Positions 1 to 12,940 of a stretch of DNA of 64,000 nt are shown piece by piece; within the stretch, counting starts at the first letter, position 1, and every line of letters begins with the position of its first letter. This stretch comes from Paraspadella gotoi (lineage: Eukaryota > Animalia > Chaetognatha), in NCBI GenBank assembly GCA_051294375.1, contig CM119266.1:18896087-18960086 (forward strand). The letters are read 5' to 3'. The notes beneath the pieces were generated by a model. The model made no database searches and had not been told where the DNA came from. It worked only from the letters and a program-made list of their open reading frames with translations. A program made the translations under genes and the position numbers.

Positions 1-59
1 AAATGTTTTGCTATGCTTTAATGCTTAGTGATCTAACTTACAATCAGCATTCCAACTGT

Positions 60-240
60 GAATTTCCGGTTTAAATCCCGGTGGTCCCCCACTTTGTTAG
101 CAAAGTGTGATCGTACGAGCGTAAACGATGCCCGGGCACCACAGGCTATTCCCGTCGTGGCCAATATGTGAGGCTGTGAGTGGATGAACACATTCCAAGA
201 ATACGTTTCCTGATTCGATCCTGACGGTCCCCCCGCTTAC
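60..240 (+). mobile_element. Degenerate family B-related fragment(s)
   Basis: ggtttaaatcccggtggtcc..aaagtgtga resembles ggttcaatccc..acggtc..aagtgtga of the 41.8 kb copy. gatgcccgggcaccacaggc resembles gatgccc..gggcatcacaggc of the 25.7 kb copy. The first motif recurs at about 210-233. Confidence 0.4.
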
Positions 241-1154
241 TATTTGGTGGAGTTAGTTTGGCTTTACTAGTGTAACAAAGACCGTAAAGCTATCTTTAAC
301 CTTATATTTTCGAGATTAGCCTTATCTTTTAGACCAGAACGTCACTAGCCGCAGATGAAAACATGGATGCAGAATTAAATCTTTTTTTTGGTAGCAAAAT
401 TATTTTTGTTAAAAAATAAACGAAAAATATTACTAACGTCTAATAATGAAATAATGTTTAGTCTTTACTATTTAAGAAATCAGTCTCCTTGAAGGCTTGC
501 CTAGAGATTTGCAAGCCCATTAGCTTTGGAACAAAATATTTTCAAATTAATAATTTATCATAATTATCCATACTCAATACACATTAATATTTTGTCGATA
601 ATGTATAAAAATCATACAACATAATCGGTAATCAGAGAATCATGCATTTTAATTGACTTTTCCCTGAAAATAGAAAATTTAAATCAAGTTAAATTATAAT
701 CTAATGCACTCATTTTTTTCAAAATATTGATTGATGAGTGGACGTCCCGACGTCCCTTTTTCCGGAAAAGCGCTAATGAAAAAATCCATTTCCTTAAGAA
801 TGTGATAATAAATTATACTTAAAAAATAGAGAAGGAAAAACCGTCATGGTATTTTTTAAAATCTAATTAGGAAAATTTAGTACGGGAAATGGCCGCTGGG
901 ATTTACTCTATTTTTTAAAGAAAAGGAAGAATATTAATTTTGAAAAATTAACAGAATAATCAATAAAGTTATATTTCCGGAACTCGTAGGGAGTCGGAGA
1001 CAGATATTAGGTCCCCTTAATATCCTGACTATCGGAAGTTGAAAAATTCAGACTTGATTTCCTCATGAGAAACAAATGTTGTTGTTATCCTTATTGATTA
1101 TAATTACAACTAAGTTGTAAGTGAGAGGATAAGAAAGCGTAGCAAGCGCAAACA

Positions 1155-1214
<60 letters not shown>

Positions 1215-3141
1215 CTCTCTCTCTCTCTCTCTCTTCGAACTCGTCGTTCTCTCTCTCTCTCTCTCTCTTATCGATTTGAAAAAAAGATTCTTTTCCCGAG
1301 AAAGAATTCGTCTTTTTCTTTGGCTCCGGAAGGAAATTCAACTTCTTCGTAGTAAAACAAACTCACCTCATCGAAAAACGAGGAGAGAGAATTATAAAGA
1401 AGAAAGGTCAATGGATTTTTGCGGTGGAACATCCTGGTGGCGGAATACGTTAATTAAACAAAAGGCGTCGACGAAAGAAGTTAAAAACCTCGATCGATCA
1501 TTATATTTGTTTCATTCTTTCTTTCTATCCGTCGCTTTGCTTTCCTTTCTTTCCTTCTCTCCATCATATGCATTCCGGAAATGACTAAGAGAGAGTAAAA
1601 TATAAAAGCGATAAAAACACGAAAATCAGCTGAAGTTGATTATAGAAGATGAATCACTTCAACCTGAGCTTCACTTTAAATAAAAGGGAAGGATGAAGAT
1701 GAGAAAGAAAATGAAAATGAGGAAGAGAAAAGTGAAGAGAATAAAAAATAAAAATGAGGTTAAAAATAAGGAGAATGACTCTTCGATGGTGGCNNNNNNN
1801 NNNAGGTTTTCGCGCGTCGGAGATCCGAGTCTCTCCTTCCTCTTTTTTTTCGTCGATGCTCTTTTTTTTTTCTCGTCCGAATTCATGCCATCTTCTGATA
1901 AAAGAATCCAGTGCCAACTTTCTATGTCTGCTTTCTCACTTTTGTGGCTTCGATATTTCGGTTTTTTTTTCTTTTTTTTCGTCGTCACTTTGAAACCAAT
2001 CGATCTTAATTCGAACCTATTTCTACGATTTTGCCAAAATCTATTTAAATTTTAGCGCCGTCTATGTTTAACACGTTTTTTTCTCATGATCGGTAGAATT
2101 TTTACCGCGTATTTTTACTGCACGCTTGTTAAACTGAGATGCGGAGTACCAACAAACATATTTAACTCTAAGGATGGATTAACTCGATATTTTATTCTAC
2201 GTATGGCGGTGACTTTTAAAAAAAAAAATTTTCATTTAAAATCTTGTCCATCAATAAAGTGTTTTGCGCTTTTAAGTAAAGTGGCCAAATGGAAAAGCCC
2301 CAAAAAATGGCTGCGAAATGTTGGACGGGGAACGAGATTCTGTTGTTTAAAACCCTCGTCGGGAGCCGTTGCTTAGCGACCGAACTCGCTCGTTTCGAAG
2401 AGACCTGATTTGAGAAGAGTAGAACCTATGACGTAATCTTTCGACGGTTGCTATGCTACTGAATTAATTAAAATTTAATAGAAATGGCACTCCGTTTAAA
2501 AGCCCTTCTGTTTGTTCACAAGTATGATATAGAATATAGATAACTCTCTATACGACGTATAAATATCTTTTCTGTCTTCATGTTTGTTTTTTCCTTATTT
2601 TATTTTTTTTTTAAACCGAGATATTTTATAAAGAATCATGAATTAGGATCTTATCTTACTTTCTCTGTTAATTTTTTAGTTGCGCCGCGAGTAGAGGCGG
2701 AGCAAGGAATAAAAGACGGGATTTTGATGCAGTGCATGTCATAAATAAACGGGCAGAGAAAGTTTTTAGTCATGTCATGTCATGTCATGTAATATCATGT
2801 GGTCAAAGGGAAATACACGTGAAAATAAAGTCACACCGGCGCAACACATTGAAATTACCATCTTCCAGCATCCTAAGCTTAGGCTTCGTTACCTAATTTA
2901 TTTTTTTCTAGATTTTCTTTTTCATTTATAGTTTATTATGAGCCGTACTCATTAAAATCTTATACTTTTTAGTGTAAAGTTTGTACATAGTAGCTGTGCA
3001 GACTTTTCATTTAGGTCATATAGAAACTGTAAAATTGAAAAACAATGACAAATAAAAATAGGATTATATATTTAAAATCAGAAATATCACAATTTCCTTA
3101 AGAGAAAGAAAAAAGAAAGAAAGAAAGAAAGAAAGAAAGAG

Positions 3142-3224
<83 letters not shown>

Positions 3225-3625
3225 GAGTCGAGGAATTCATTGCCAAAAAAACGACGAAAATAAAACGAGGAAGATTTGGCATCGATATCTGAGTTTCCAA
3301 GACTTTTTCCTTTTCTCATTCATTGGATCAAAGACTGTAATAAAAGGGAGCTAAAGGAGGCAAAGGAGAAAGGAAGAGTGATCATAAGAAAAAATACCAA
3401 AGAAATAAGTAGATGAAACTAACAAAAAGAAAAAAGAAAAGAGAAGAAAAGAAGTAAGAAGAAGAAAGAAAGAAAGAAAGAGAGAAGAAAGAAAGAAAGA
3501 GAGAAAGAAAGGCTTTTGAGGCCCCCGTGAAGAAGAAGGAATAAGTTACACGGTTTTGATGATGTGGTATTTCGAAGGTTGTGTTTATTCTGGCTGAGAG
3601 ATTCACTGCCGATGCTGAAGAGATT

Positions 3626-3719
<94 letters not shown>

Positions 3720-4254
3720 TAAATAAGCTGTTGCATTTATATAAGGAATGATAAATAACAAAACAATTAATGAAAATCTAATTTTTTCAAAATTTTAAAT
3801 TTGAAAATTATGATAAATTTTCTGGGACTAACGAGAGAGAGACGGACAAAGGGATCGATGATGCACCTTCGATCTTTTCCGACGAAAAAACCGCAAAAAC
3901 CAAATCGGAAGATTATGATTATGATTCATCGGGAAACAAAGAGAAACGGAGTTTGTCCAATCGAGGCCGAAATCCAATCACGAACGACCTTCGGTAATGA
4001 ATTGATTTTTTCCGCGAAGGAGATGCCATTTCAAAAATTGGAAACCATCGCCCGATTTCCCTGGGCAATGAGCGAACGCCGAGGCAGCGGAACTCCAGAG
4101 TCGCCGCTTCGGTTATTCTGAGAGAAGAGATCATGAATTATGATAAAGAGAGACGCGTCGATGAGTCACATCGGAAAGTCATATTCGAGGTTGTTGTTCC
4201 GCCATTTAAAAGAAGAAAAAAGTTCTTCGATCCTCTGTATTAATTATTATGGTT

Positions 4255-4552
4255 TGAAATTGGTACAACCAATATAAAAAGTATCCATTCATTTAACAAA
4301 TAACCTATCTTGCCTCTGACTTTGGACCGGCTTTGATGGTTTAAGGCCTCCATCACTCTTACTGATAATGACATAGCAGGTCCCTGCTAGTTTTCAATCA
4401 AGACTCTATCACAGTCTCGTTTATTCACTCCCAGAGTACCTGGCTTTCCTATCAATGAAATGGTGTAATATTTCAAAGAATGTTTCAATTGTATGAAAAG
4501 ACCACTCACTTAAGCATTAGATCGGGGAATACTATATTGTACTCCGCCCAGC
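4255..4552 (-). mobile_element. Family A repeat, near full monomer (twister-like ribozyme-bearing non-autonomous element)
   Basis: Colinear with copies at 14.5, 25.6, 30.5-31.1, 35.5, 59.5 and 62.9 kb. Shared blocks include cattgatagg(g/a)aagccaggtactctgggagtgaat, gctatgtcattatc, gagtgatggaggccttaaacca, gtccaaagtca, gcaagatag and tatattggttgtaccaatttca. Confidence 0.85.
4306..4367 (-). ncRNA. Type-P5 twister-like motif, decayed P4/P5
   Basis: Minus strand reads GAGT GATGG AGGCCT TAA ACC AT CAAAG CCGG TCCAAAGT CAGA GGCAAGATA. T1 (CCA/TGG plus A.A) is intact, T2 has a G.T pair and P4 has two mismatches. Confidence 0.5.
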
Positions 4553-5836
4553 ATAATTTAACCTCGAAGGATTGGACCATTCTCTTCTCCGACATCTTCC
4601 CCCTTTTCCCTCGGCCTTGTCTTTCTCTCTCATTCCGGTTTCATTGAATTCGGAGCCAAAAAGGAAGAAACTTTTTGTGAGTTTCTGGATTTTTTGAGCG
4701 GCGGCCAAACCTCATAAACACAATGATTTATTTTCCGGTGGGCCTTCTTTCCAGACTTTTTCTCTCTTCTCGTGACTGTGTATTGTGTGAATGAATACAG
4801 ATTACTATTCGCTGATAGGATAGTTTTTAAGATATAATTACTAAATTTTGATTCAAAACGTGTTCACTTTCAACCGAGAGACATACGTATAAGGGAAATC
4901 ATTGAAACGTGACAATTATGAGTCAGTAAAACTGTTAAAACCTAAAAAGGTGGCCAAACCTAAAGTAAAATATTTAAAAAAAGGAGTAACAAAGAATAAA
5001 AAGAGGCAGCGATAAAACAAACGCAAGAATTCGGACAATCAATGCTTGCCTTAGCAATGGGCTTTGCTTGATGCGGAGAAGAAGAAAGAGAATGAGCAAG
5101 AAGCCAAAAAAGTCTAGAGTAAGATTGAGAGAAAGATAAAAGTCAAAGGAACGAGATCGGTTTATCCAATGTGTTGGTCCAGCAGTGACTTTATTTTCAC
5201 GTTTATTTTCCTATGATCATTTGACATGACATGACATGACACGACTACAATAACTTTCTTATTCCTTATAGTTTATGGATTTCGTAAAGGCGACGCTAGA
5301 AGTCACTGAGATTTGAGGTTTTTTTTCCTGTCTTAACGCTTGAGCGAATAGGCGAATTATGCGTATTTTTAACGTAAGTGACACAGACCGACGGACAGAC
5401 ATACCGACCGACCGACAGACCGACCGAAAAGTGGAAAAAAAGAGGAAATCATTGACTCGATTCAAGGTGAAAAAAAAAAGAAGATTATAGGAAACTTTGG
5501 TCTACGTGCGTAAGTCATAAGAAATAGCAAACTATGGAGACTAAGGAAGAAAAAGGATTTATTTCCGTGAAATGAATTGTGATGATCAAATTTACTAACA
5601 AAAATTAACAATTATAAAGAAAAGGTTTTAAATTAAAACGTTTTTTGAATAATTTAAAGTTAATTTAAGAGTTGCTACTTAGTGAACAGGGGAATTTAAA
5701 AGACAATTTAAGGTAAAGACGAAAATAAATGAGAAAACAAAACAAAAGGGAAAATAGTGAAGGAGAGGGGAATTTCAAATGTAAAAGGAGGACAGAAGTC
5801 TGATTGGCTGTGGAGAATAAAAGGAAACCTGAAAGG

Positions 5837-5890
<54 letters not shown>

Positions 5891-6670
5891 GCTTTTCTCT
5901 TGAGGGACTCGACCATCACTAATTCCACTTAGTCACATCGCGCTCTCCAGTTTGTCTTCTGTAGTACAACAACTCCTTTCGTCGTAGTACCTTCTATTTT
6001 TACTCTTCTTTTCTCAAAAATATTTTCACGATTTTCTTTATTCATACTATATTATTAGTTTTCATTATTTTGTAACTATCTATGATTTGTCTTTAGATTC
6101 ACAATCGGAAAAAGGAAATAATTTATTAAATTTCGTAAACTTAATTATGCTTTTGCTCCCTATTTTTTTATTTTCTTAAGTTGAGGGTCTCGTGCACAAC
6201 AAATGTTGCATCATGGGTGGAGTTTTAGAATAAGGATAAGGAGAGAGAAGAGGAGGAGTAGGAGATTATGGAGAAGGGGGAGGAGGAAGAGAATGAAGGG
6301 GAGAAGAGGAAACGGAGATCTTTTGCGCGAAGAGTTTAAAGTCATGAAGCCAGATGGCAGCCTATCGCTGTACGTTGTTGTTTTGTTTTAGCTTTAGTGG
6401 TCTTTCAAGTTAAAAAAAAATCATATTTAGTTACGAAAATATGAGATAAAATTTGGATAATTTTTCAAAATAAAATTTTAAATATAGATGACATTAGATT
6501 GAAATTTGCCATACTTTTTTGACTACTATTATAAAAACAAATTAACATAAAAACACACGTTTGAAACCGGGTTTATAATGACTTGTAAAATGCGTTGAGG
6601 GTAACTTCCCTTTTGTGTTCTTTTGATCTGTCCCAGGTCATTTAGTGTTTCGTTTATTTTTCTTTGTTTT

Positions 6671-6725
<55 letters not shown>

Positions 6726-7278
6726 ATTTCTTTCTTTCTTTTCAGTTTTACTTTTTGTCTCTTTATTGCCCCCCAAAAAATTTTTGCACAGCTGCTCTAT
6801 TATGAAAGTAAATGTTTATAATAGTTATAATTCTTAATCGTCATTTCTCTCAAATTTCTTGACGTGACTTCTCCATCGCCGGAGTCTCTTCCTTCCGACG
6901 AGTCGGTCTCTGCCTCGAGACCCGGTGCCTCGGGGGCCGCGTGGGTCGTGCCCGCTTTGGGGCTCATCCGTGCCCGTCTGCCCCAGATCGGCCGGACAGA
7001 GTCGAGTCTGGCCGGCGTCGGCGTCGATACAACTCAGTTTGTCGAGAGGATATACATAATATATATATAATTATTATATATACAAATTATATAACCAGGG
7101 GCGTAGAGACACCCTCCACAAAGCTGAGGGGCCTGGGCTCAATAGAAAGCCGGGCACGGGTTCTTAATCATAAATAAAATTGACTCAATAAAAAAAAATT
7201 TAATTCAGCTTATAAAAACGTTAATTATATTTTATTATATTAACATTATTTCTAATTATAATTACTTCATCCATTCAC

Positions 7279-7351
<73 letters not shown>

Positions 7352-7495
7352 AACTCTCGACTTCTTTTACTTTGATTTAAAATGTCCCTTAATCGAACTT
7401 CTCAAACACTATCATTGTTTATCAATGTTTATGCCCGTATTGCTCATCTGTATGTACGAAAACAGAAACAAAAACAATGACCTCTATTTTAACGT

Positions 7496-7571
7496 CTAGT
7501 CTAGTCTAGTCTAGTCTAGTCTAGTCTAGTCTAGTCTAGTCTAGTCTAGTCTAGTCTAGTCTAGTCTAGTC
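7496..7571. repeat. (CTAGT)n pentanucleotide microsatellite
   Basis: About 15 perfect units. Confidence 0.95.
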
Positions 7572-9403
7572 CGTTAAAAAATAATTAATTCATCTCCGAG
7601 ATGCTCCGTCGATAGCCTCCTCAGATCTCTTCTTCAGCATTTTAAATCTATTTTTAGAAACTTCTCTCTCTCCTCTGCCTCCCTTTTTTTAAATCTATTT
7701 TTAGAATCTTCTCTCTCCTCTGCCTCCCTTTTTTCCTCCTTACACTTCTCATCACATTGTTCGCTTCACAATCGTAGTCATTTTAAATTCCTCCTCCTCC
7801 TCCTTCTCCTCCTCCTCCTCCCTTTTTGTCTTCCTTTAACCTTCTGCTCCACCCATTTCTACGCCGAATCCTTTCTACTTCTATCCTTCTATCCTTTATC
7901 TTTCTATCCTTCTATCCTTTCTACTTCTATACTTCTATCCTTTCTACGTCTATCCTTCAATTCTTTATCCTTCTATCTTTTTTATCTTTTATCTTTCTAT
8001 CCTTGCAGTTTTTGACTTCACCGTCCAAGCTTTTCTTTTTCTTTTAACTTTGACCCCAATTCCTTCTTTTATCTCCAGACCCGAGACGTAAGCCCACCAA
8101 GTTTTCACTCCCTCGCTTCTTTCCAATGCCTCTCTCTCTCTCTCTCTCTTCTCTCATCCATTTTTTTTCCTATCTCCATCGTCTTCTGTCTTTTTATTGT
8201 AACTGCGCGAGTACCACGATTCTCCGATTTGTGTTTCCTCCCTTTTCCTCTTTTCCTCCTTTTTTTCTTCGATTATCCTCCGCTTTTCAGACCTCCGCGT
8301 TTGAACGTCGTCGTCGTCGTCTTCGTCGTCGTCGTCTTTTTCTCGCCATCGCCGTCTCTCTCATTTTTCTTCTTCCTCTTCCCCCCCCCTATTAATAGAC
8401 GTACATCGACCGTTTCTCTTTCGGAGTTCCATTACTAATGCTTTTATTTTTCGCCATCGCTTCTTCCTTCTCCTCTTCCTCCGCCTCAGACGCGGCAGCT
8501 GCGGCGCCTCCCGTGCTGCCCCTTCTCCCCACATCGATTCCGTCTCTCGCCGCGGCGGACGCTACTTCAGCTGCCGCGTCTCCTGCAGTCCCTGCAAAGT
8601 TTTTTTTCCTCGCTGTCGCCGCTGAAGTCCGTCGGCGACAAAGGCAAGGACGATGACGATAACGAAGACGACGACGACGACGACGACGACGAAAACGAAC
8701 GGCGAGGCGTTTTTTTGTTGTTTATTTTGCTATTCCCTTCATCGGGCGTAGTCGAAACTTCGAAAAGGAGAAGGATGAAAAAATAAGGACGCGCGCGCGA
8801 CCGACAGCGAGAGAACGAGGGACTCCCGATCAAAACAAGCGCGATATTTTTTTTTTTTTTTTTTAGAATTCCCTCATTTTTCGTCAAATCTCAGGGAAAC
8901 ATGGAACCAAATTTCGCTAACTACAGAATTAACTTGAAATCGGACGTGCATGACGAGGAAGCGACTATCGGGAAAAATTTAAAAGAAGCGCGCGTGTTCG
9001 AACTTGAATTAATGCAATAGGATATACAATCGGAAATAGTCGAACGTACATGGATAATCGCCTAGATAATTATCTCGGAGTAAAACGCTTTTCAATTTTT
9101 TTTCCCAAATTTTTCTCAACCTTCGCCGATCATCTATTTCTTTGTGGAGAAATACAGCTTCATCGATGTGAAGTAGATCTGTCTCTCTCTCGTGCTCAAC
9201 TCTAGACAATCTAATTTTGTTATAATTTATTTTTTAAATTCTTTTTATTTCTTCTCATTTTTGTCCCCATTCCCTTTCTCTATCTTCTTACCTCGGTTGC
9301 TTTTACCGCAATCCTAAACTTCACTTTTTTTCAGTTTTAAAAAAAATATTTAAAAAAACAAATTTAGTTCGAGTTTTGCGGGTCCAGGCAACATGCGTCT
9401 TTT

Positions 9404-9446
<43 letters not shown>

Positions 9447-9539
9447 CCTCTCTTCTCCTCTCTGCCTCTCTCCTCTCTCTCTCTCTCTCCTCTCTGTCTG
9501 CTTTTTTTGAATCGGGGTCGCCTCTTACCAACAACGCGG

Positions 9540-9960
9540 GCTCGTTCCCCTTCTCCCCGGCCGGCCAATCGTTGTTCCAACCTTCTCTCCCTCGCCGCCC
9601 CCATCACGTCCCCCCCCTCCCACCAACCCTCCACACGACGACGACGACGCCATACGCACGCACGACGACTAACTCGCTAGTAATATAGAGAGCCCACAAG
9701 TAGTGTAGATCGGCGTCTCGCCTTCCCTCCTTTTGCTCTCCCTCCCTCCTTTTAATCCGTCTGCCCGGGCTGGCCACGTCTCGTCTTTGAGCCTAGTAGC
9801 ATCAGAGATAGGGGGCGAATCGAGCGAAGCTTGGTGGGGATTGGGCGGGAAGGCGCCGCGGGGCGTGAGGGAGGGGGGCGCCTAAGGTTTGTGAGAATGG
9901 AAAGGCTCGCGCGAGTTGATTCTAGGCGTCGCTAAGACTGGCGCGTGATTTGCTGTTTTA
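9540..9960. promoter_or_regulatory. GC/CpG-rich promoter-like island
   Basis: CCAAT (ggccaatcg, ~9563), ATTGG plus GC box (gattgggcggg, ~9839), cgccc and cacgtc motifs in an AT-rich background. Confidence 0.45.
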
Positions 9961-10276
9961 GACGGGAGAAAAGAAGGACGTGACACGAAGCGCGGAGAGA
10001 ACGTGAGGGGAAATATGTCCGAGTATGACGTCTCGCTTGACGATTTGCTCTAGAAATGAATCGCGTTACACGAAAAAAAAAAAGACTCAAATGTCGCTTT
10101 ATAAAAAGGAGAGGAAAATGGAAGGTTTTTATAGGAAAATTAACTTAAAATTCTAATATAATTAATATATACTAACTGCCCGTCTTTTTTAATAAGACCT
10201 TATGCAATGCGACCAAATGCGAAAATAGTCGAAATAATCTTACGCCGTCTCGTGAATTAGGCGCTAAGGGGGCTGA

Positions 10277-10336
10277 AGACTACAAATCCGAATCTTCAGG
10301 CTGACGAGGGGGCACAGAAGAGTCGGATAGTAGTCT
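10277..10336 (+). other. 60-nt imperfect hairpin
   Basis: agactacaaatccgaatcttc pairs with gaagagtcggatagtagtct around a 19-nt loop. Confidence 0.6.
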
Positions 10337-10356
10337 CTAACGGCAGCAATGGAACG

Positions 10357-10475
10357 GGACCTGGGCTCGGAACCCTGCTTGAGCATTTTCCACAACCTCA
10401 AAGCGGTTTACGGCCGTCCTCACACTTACTGCACGGCAGGTTCCGTTAGGGGGCAATCCCTGTACCTAATTGTAA
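10357..10475 (+). ncRNA. HDV-like ribozyme motif with extended L3 (probably decayed)
   Basis: P1 GGACCTG (10357-63)/CAGGTTC (10437-43). P2 TTACGG (10408-13)/TTGTAA (10470-75). P3 CCG/CGG. L3 starts TCCTCAC. P4 TAGGGG-GCAA-TCCCTG. J4/2 CTAA (10466-69). Elements are in the correct nested order. Confidence 0.55.
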
Positions 10476-10503
10476 TGAGCCGATGGATTTAAAATGAGCA
10501 TGG

Positions 10504-10562
10504 CGACTACATGCCCCCAATGCCCGACTACATGCCCCCCAATGCCTGACTACATGCCCCCC
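10504..10562. repeat. 3x ~21-bp tandem repeat (gactacatgcccccaatgcc)
   Basis: Directly visible. Confidence 0.9.
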
Positions 10563-11536
10563 ATTTATAAACAACATACCAACAGTGAACATTAATTTAT
10601 TAAAAAATTTATTTCATGTTTTTTTAATTTTCGTAGTAGGCTATATTTATTTATAGTACTATCCATATAAAATCGGAAAATTTCAAAATAGGCTTTTCTT
10701 ACTATTGATGGCAGATTTGAATTCCTCGTCAAAAGTTTATAAAAGAAAACAAATACATAAATAAATAAATATATCATTTTTTAAAAAAACTATGTTCAAC
10801 TTACAAAAATTTAATTTTCATCTTAAAATATGGGTTTTTTAAAAAGAGTCATATTTATTTTTATCAACTTTTCATGACGTATCCAAATCTATAAAAAAAA
10901 TCTTACAAAAATCCTACTGCCTCCTGCGTAAATCGCAAAATTTATTAAACAATTAATTTATACCATTAATTTCTATTTTGTACGAGGTATTTATTCCTCA
11001 ACTTTAAGAATTTTAATTAAAGTTAAATATCGAAGTTTATCCACGCTTTACCACCTCCGTATCTTCTGTGCCTACTTAGGCACAAAAACATAGGAGATCA
11101 AGCCCTTCCAACAACCACACACAAAGGTCGTTTACAGCCGTCTTCACAATTAAGCGATTAATCAGATTGAAAGTTTCGGGCACCAACAAATTTTGGTCAC
11201 AGATGGAGTATTCAGAAACTAAAAAGTTAAAACTCAGAATGAGAGCAAAAGCCATACCAGAAAAAATATATCAAGATATATTATTTATGATATTTTTACG
11301 TATATCAATGCAATTTTTTAATATCCTTATGGCTAAAAGAGAATCGATAAATTTTAGGGCNNNNNNNNNNNNNNNNNNNNNNNNNATCGATAAATATTTA
11401 GGCGGCAGTTGGACCGATCTATCTTCATTAGAGCGTCTTGAAAGTTGTTTATGGAAATTCTAAAATTCAATTACGAACAAATTTACACTAATGAATAATA
11501 TTTCATAAAAAGAAGTTAATGTTTTTTTTTAATCTT

Positions 11537-11728
11537 CACAGCCGGGTTGCCTGTGACGCCTCCTGTCACTGCCGCGGTTAGCCTAAGACGGTCTCGCTTT
11601 GCCAACGCAGAGGGAAGTCGTTAGGACTGTCGATGGAACACAACGCCTGGCATGGTGTGTTCCCCCTCTGAGCCAATGGAATTGGATGAACGGTGAAGGA
11701 CGTGAGGCAGTGCGAATATACCGCCACA
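11537..11728 (-). mobile_element. Family B element (solo-LTR/SINE-like), internally deleted
   Basis: Starts TGTGGCGGTATATTC. Shares gaccgtc..taaccgcg..cagtgac-ggaggc-gtcac and acaggcaacccggctgt with the 25.7 kb copy. Confidence 0.7.
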
Positions 11729-12844
11729 ATATAGTACTATCCTTATAGGATTCGATCAATTAAAAAGATTCACCTTCGGCAACCATAACCTTCTCTAGTA
11801 GTAGTAAGTGTCCAGAGAAGGCTTCATATGCTTTTGTGACCGGGCCCGTTAGGAATACTGTCATTTCTGTCATTATTGTTGCTGTCAGAAAGTTGACAGT
11901 TCCAGAGGGGATGCGTAGGACAATCTGCTTCTCTTTCCTACAGTTTCATTAATCAGGGGGATTGCAGCCAGAAAAACTGCGCCGCCAAAAGTCAGAAGTC
12001 TTTATCTTGATTTTCGTTTGAAAAATTTCATAAAATTAAAAAAGTATTTTATAATTTTACAACTCTATAGGATTATTTCTACACATTAAATATTTTTATG
12101 GCATTCTGTAAAGAATATAAATAAAATTATTATCTCTTTCTTTCGAGCTACACGCTCATATTGAAATTCCGTTCATTGTACAGAGACTGACCTAGTTTCG
12201 AAAACCTCTGAGCTCGAGAGGCGAATCTATTCAATTCGTTGTTGTTATCGCGAAGGCTGACGATTCTTGGCCCAAGCGACGATAGTAGCTGAGGGCAAAG
12301 CTGTAAATATCCTTACGTAGTTTTAAAGTTAAGAACTTGGATCTTTTTTTTGTGACTGTGTTTGTTGTCAAGTCTAAGGCATTGAACCATCTTATTTTTA
12401 TTCTTAAGAGGATTTCCCGTATTCGCCACTCGTACGCGCTGCGGCTCATTCGAGCTTAACTCGGCTCTCGCTCGCTCAGCTCATACACAAAAAAAAAACT
12501 TAGCTCTATTTGACTACGAATAGTAGTTGTCCCATTCTAATGTTTCTTAATATATTATTTAAAATTCAAAATATTATAATATACTGTACTATATTTTTTT
12601 TACTCTTTTAATATTGTTTTTTCGCTGTCCAAAACTTTTTCTCATTGTTCTCATTTTATTCATAACTATTTTTTGACTTTTATCTATTCATTTATTTTAT
12701 TAACATTATTTTTCTTTTCTCTGTTTCATTCATTCTATTTTTCTTTTCCTTATTTCTTTTCTCTCCTTATTTTTTTCCTTCTTTCTTTTATTCTCATTTA
12801 AATTCTTTCTTTCTTTCTCTCTTTCTTTCTTTTTTTTCTTTTTT

Positions 12845-12895
<51 letters not shown>

Positions 12896-12896
12896 G

Positions 12897-12940
<44 letters not shown>

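Noticed and set aside
10300-10320. CTGACGA in the hairpin loop as a hammerhead core
   Set aside because: No stem II or GAAA follows.
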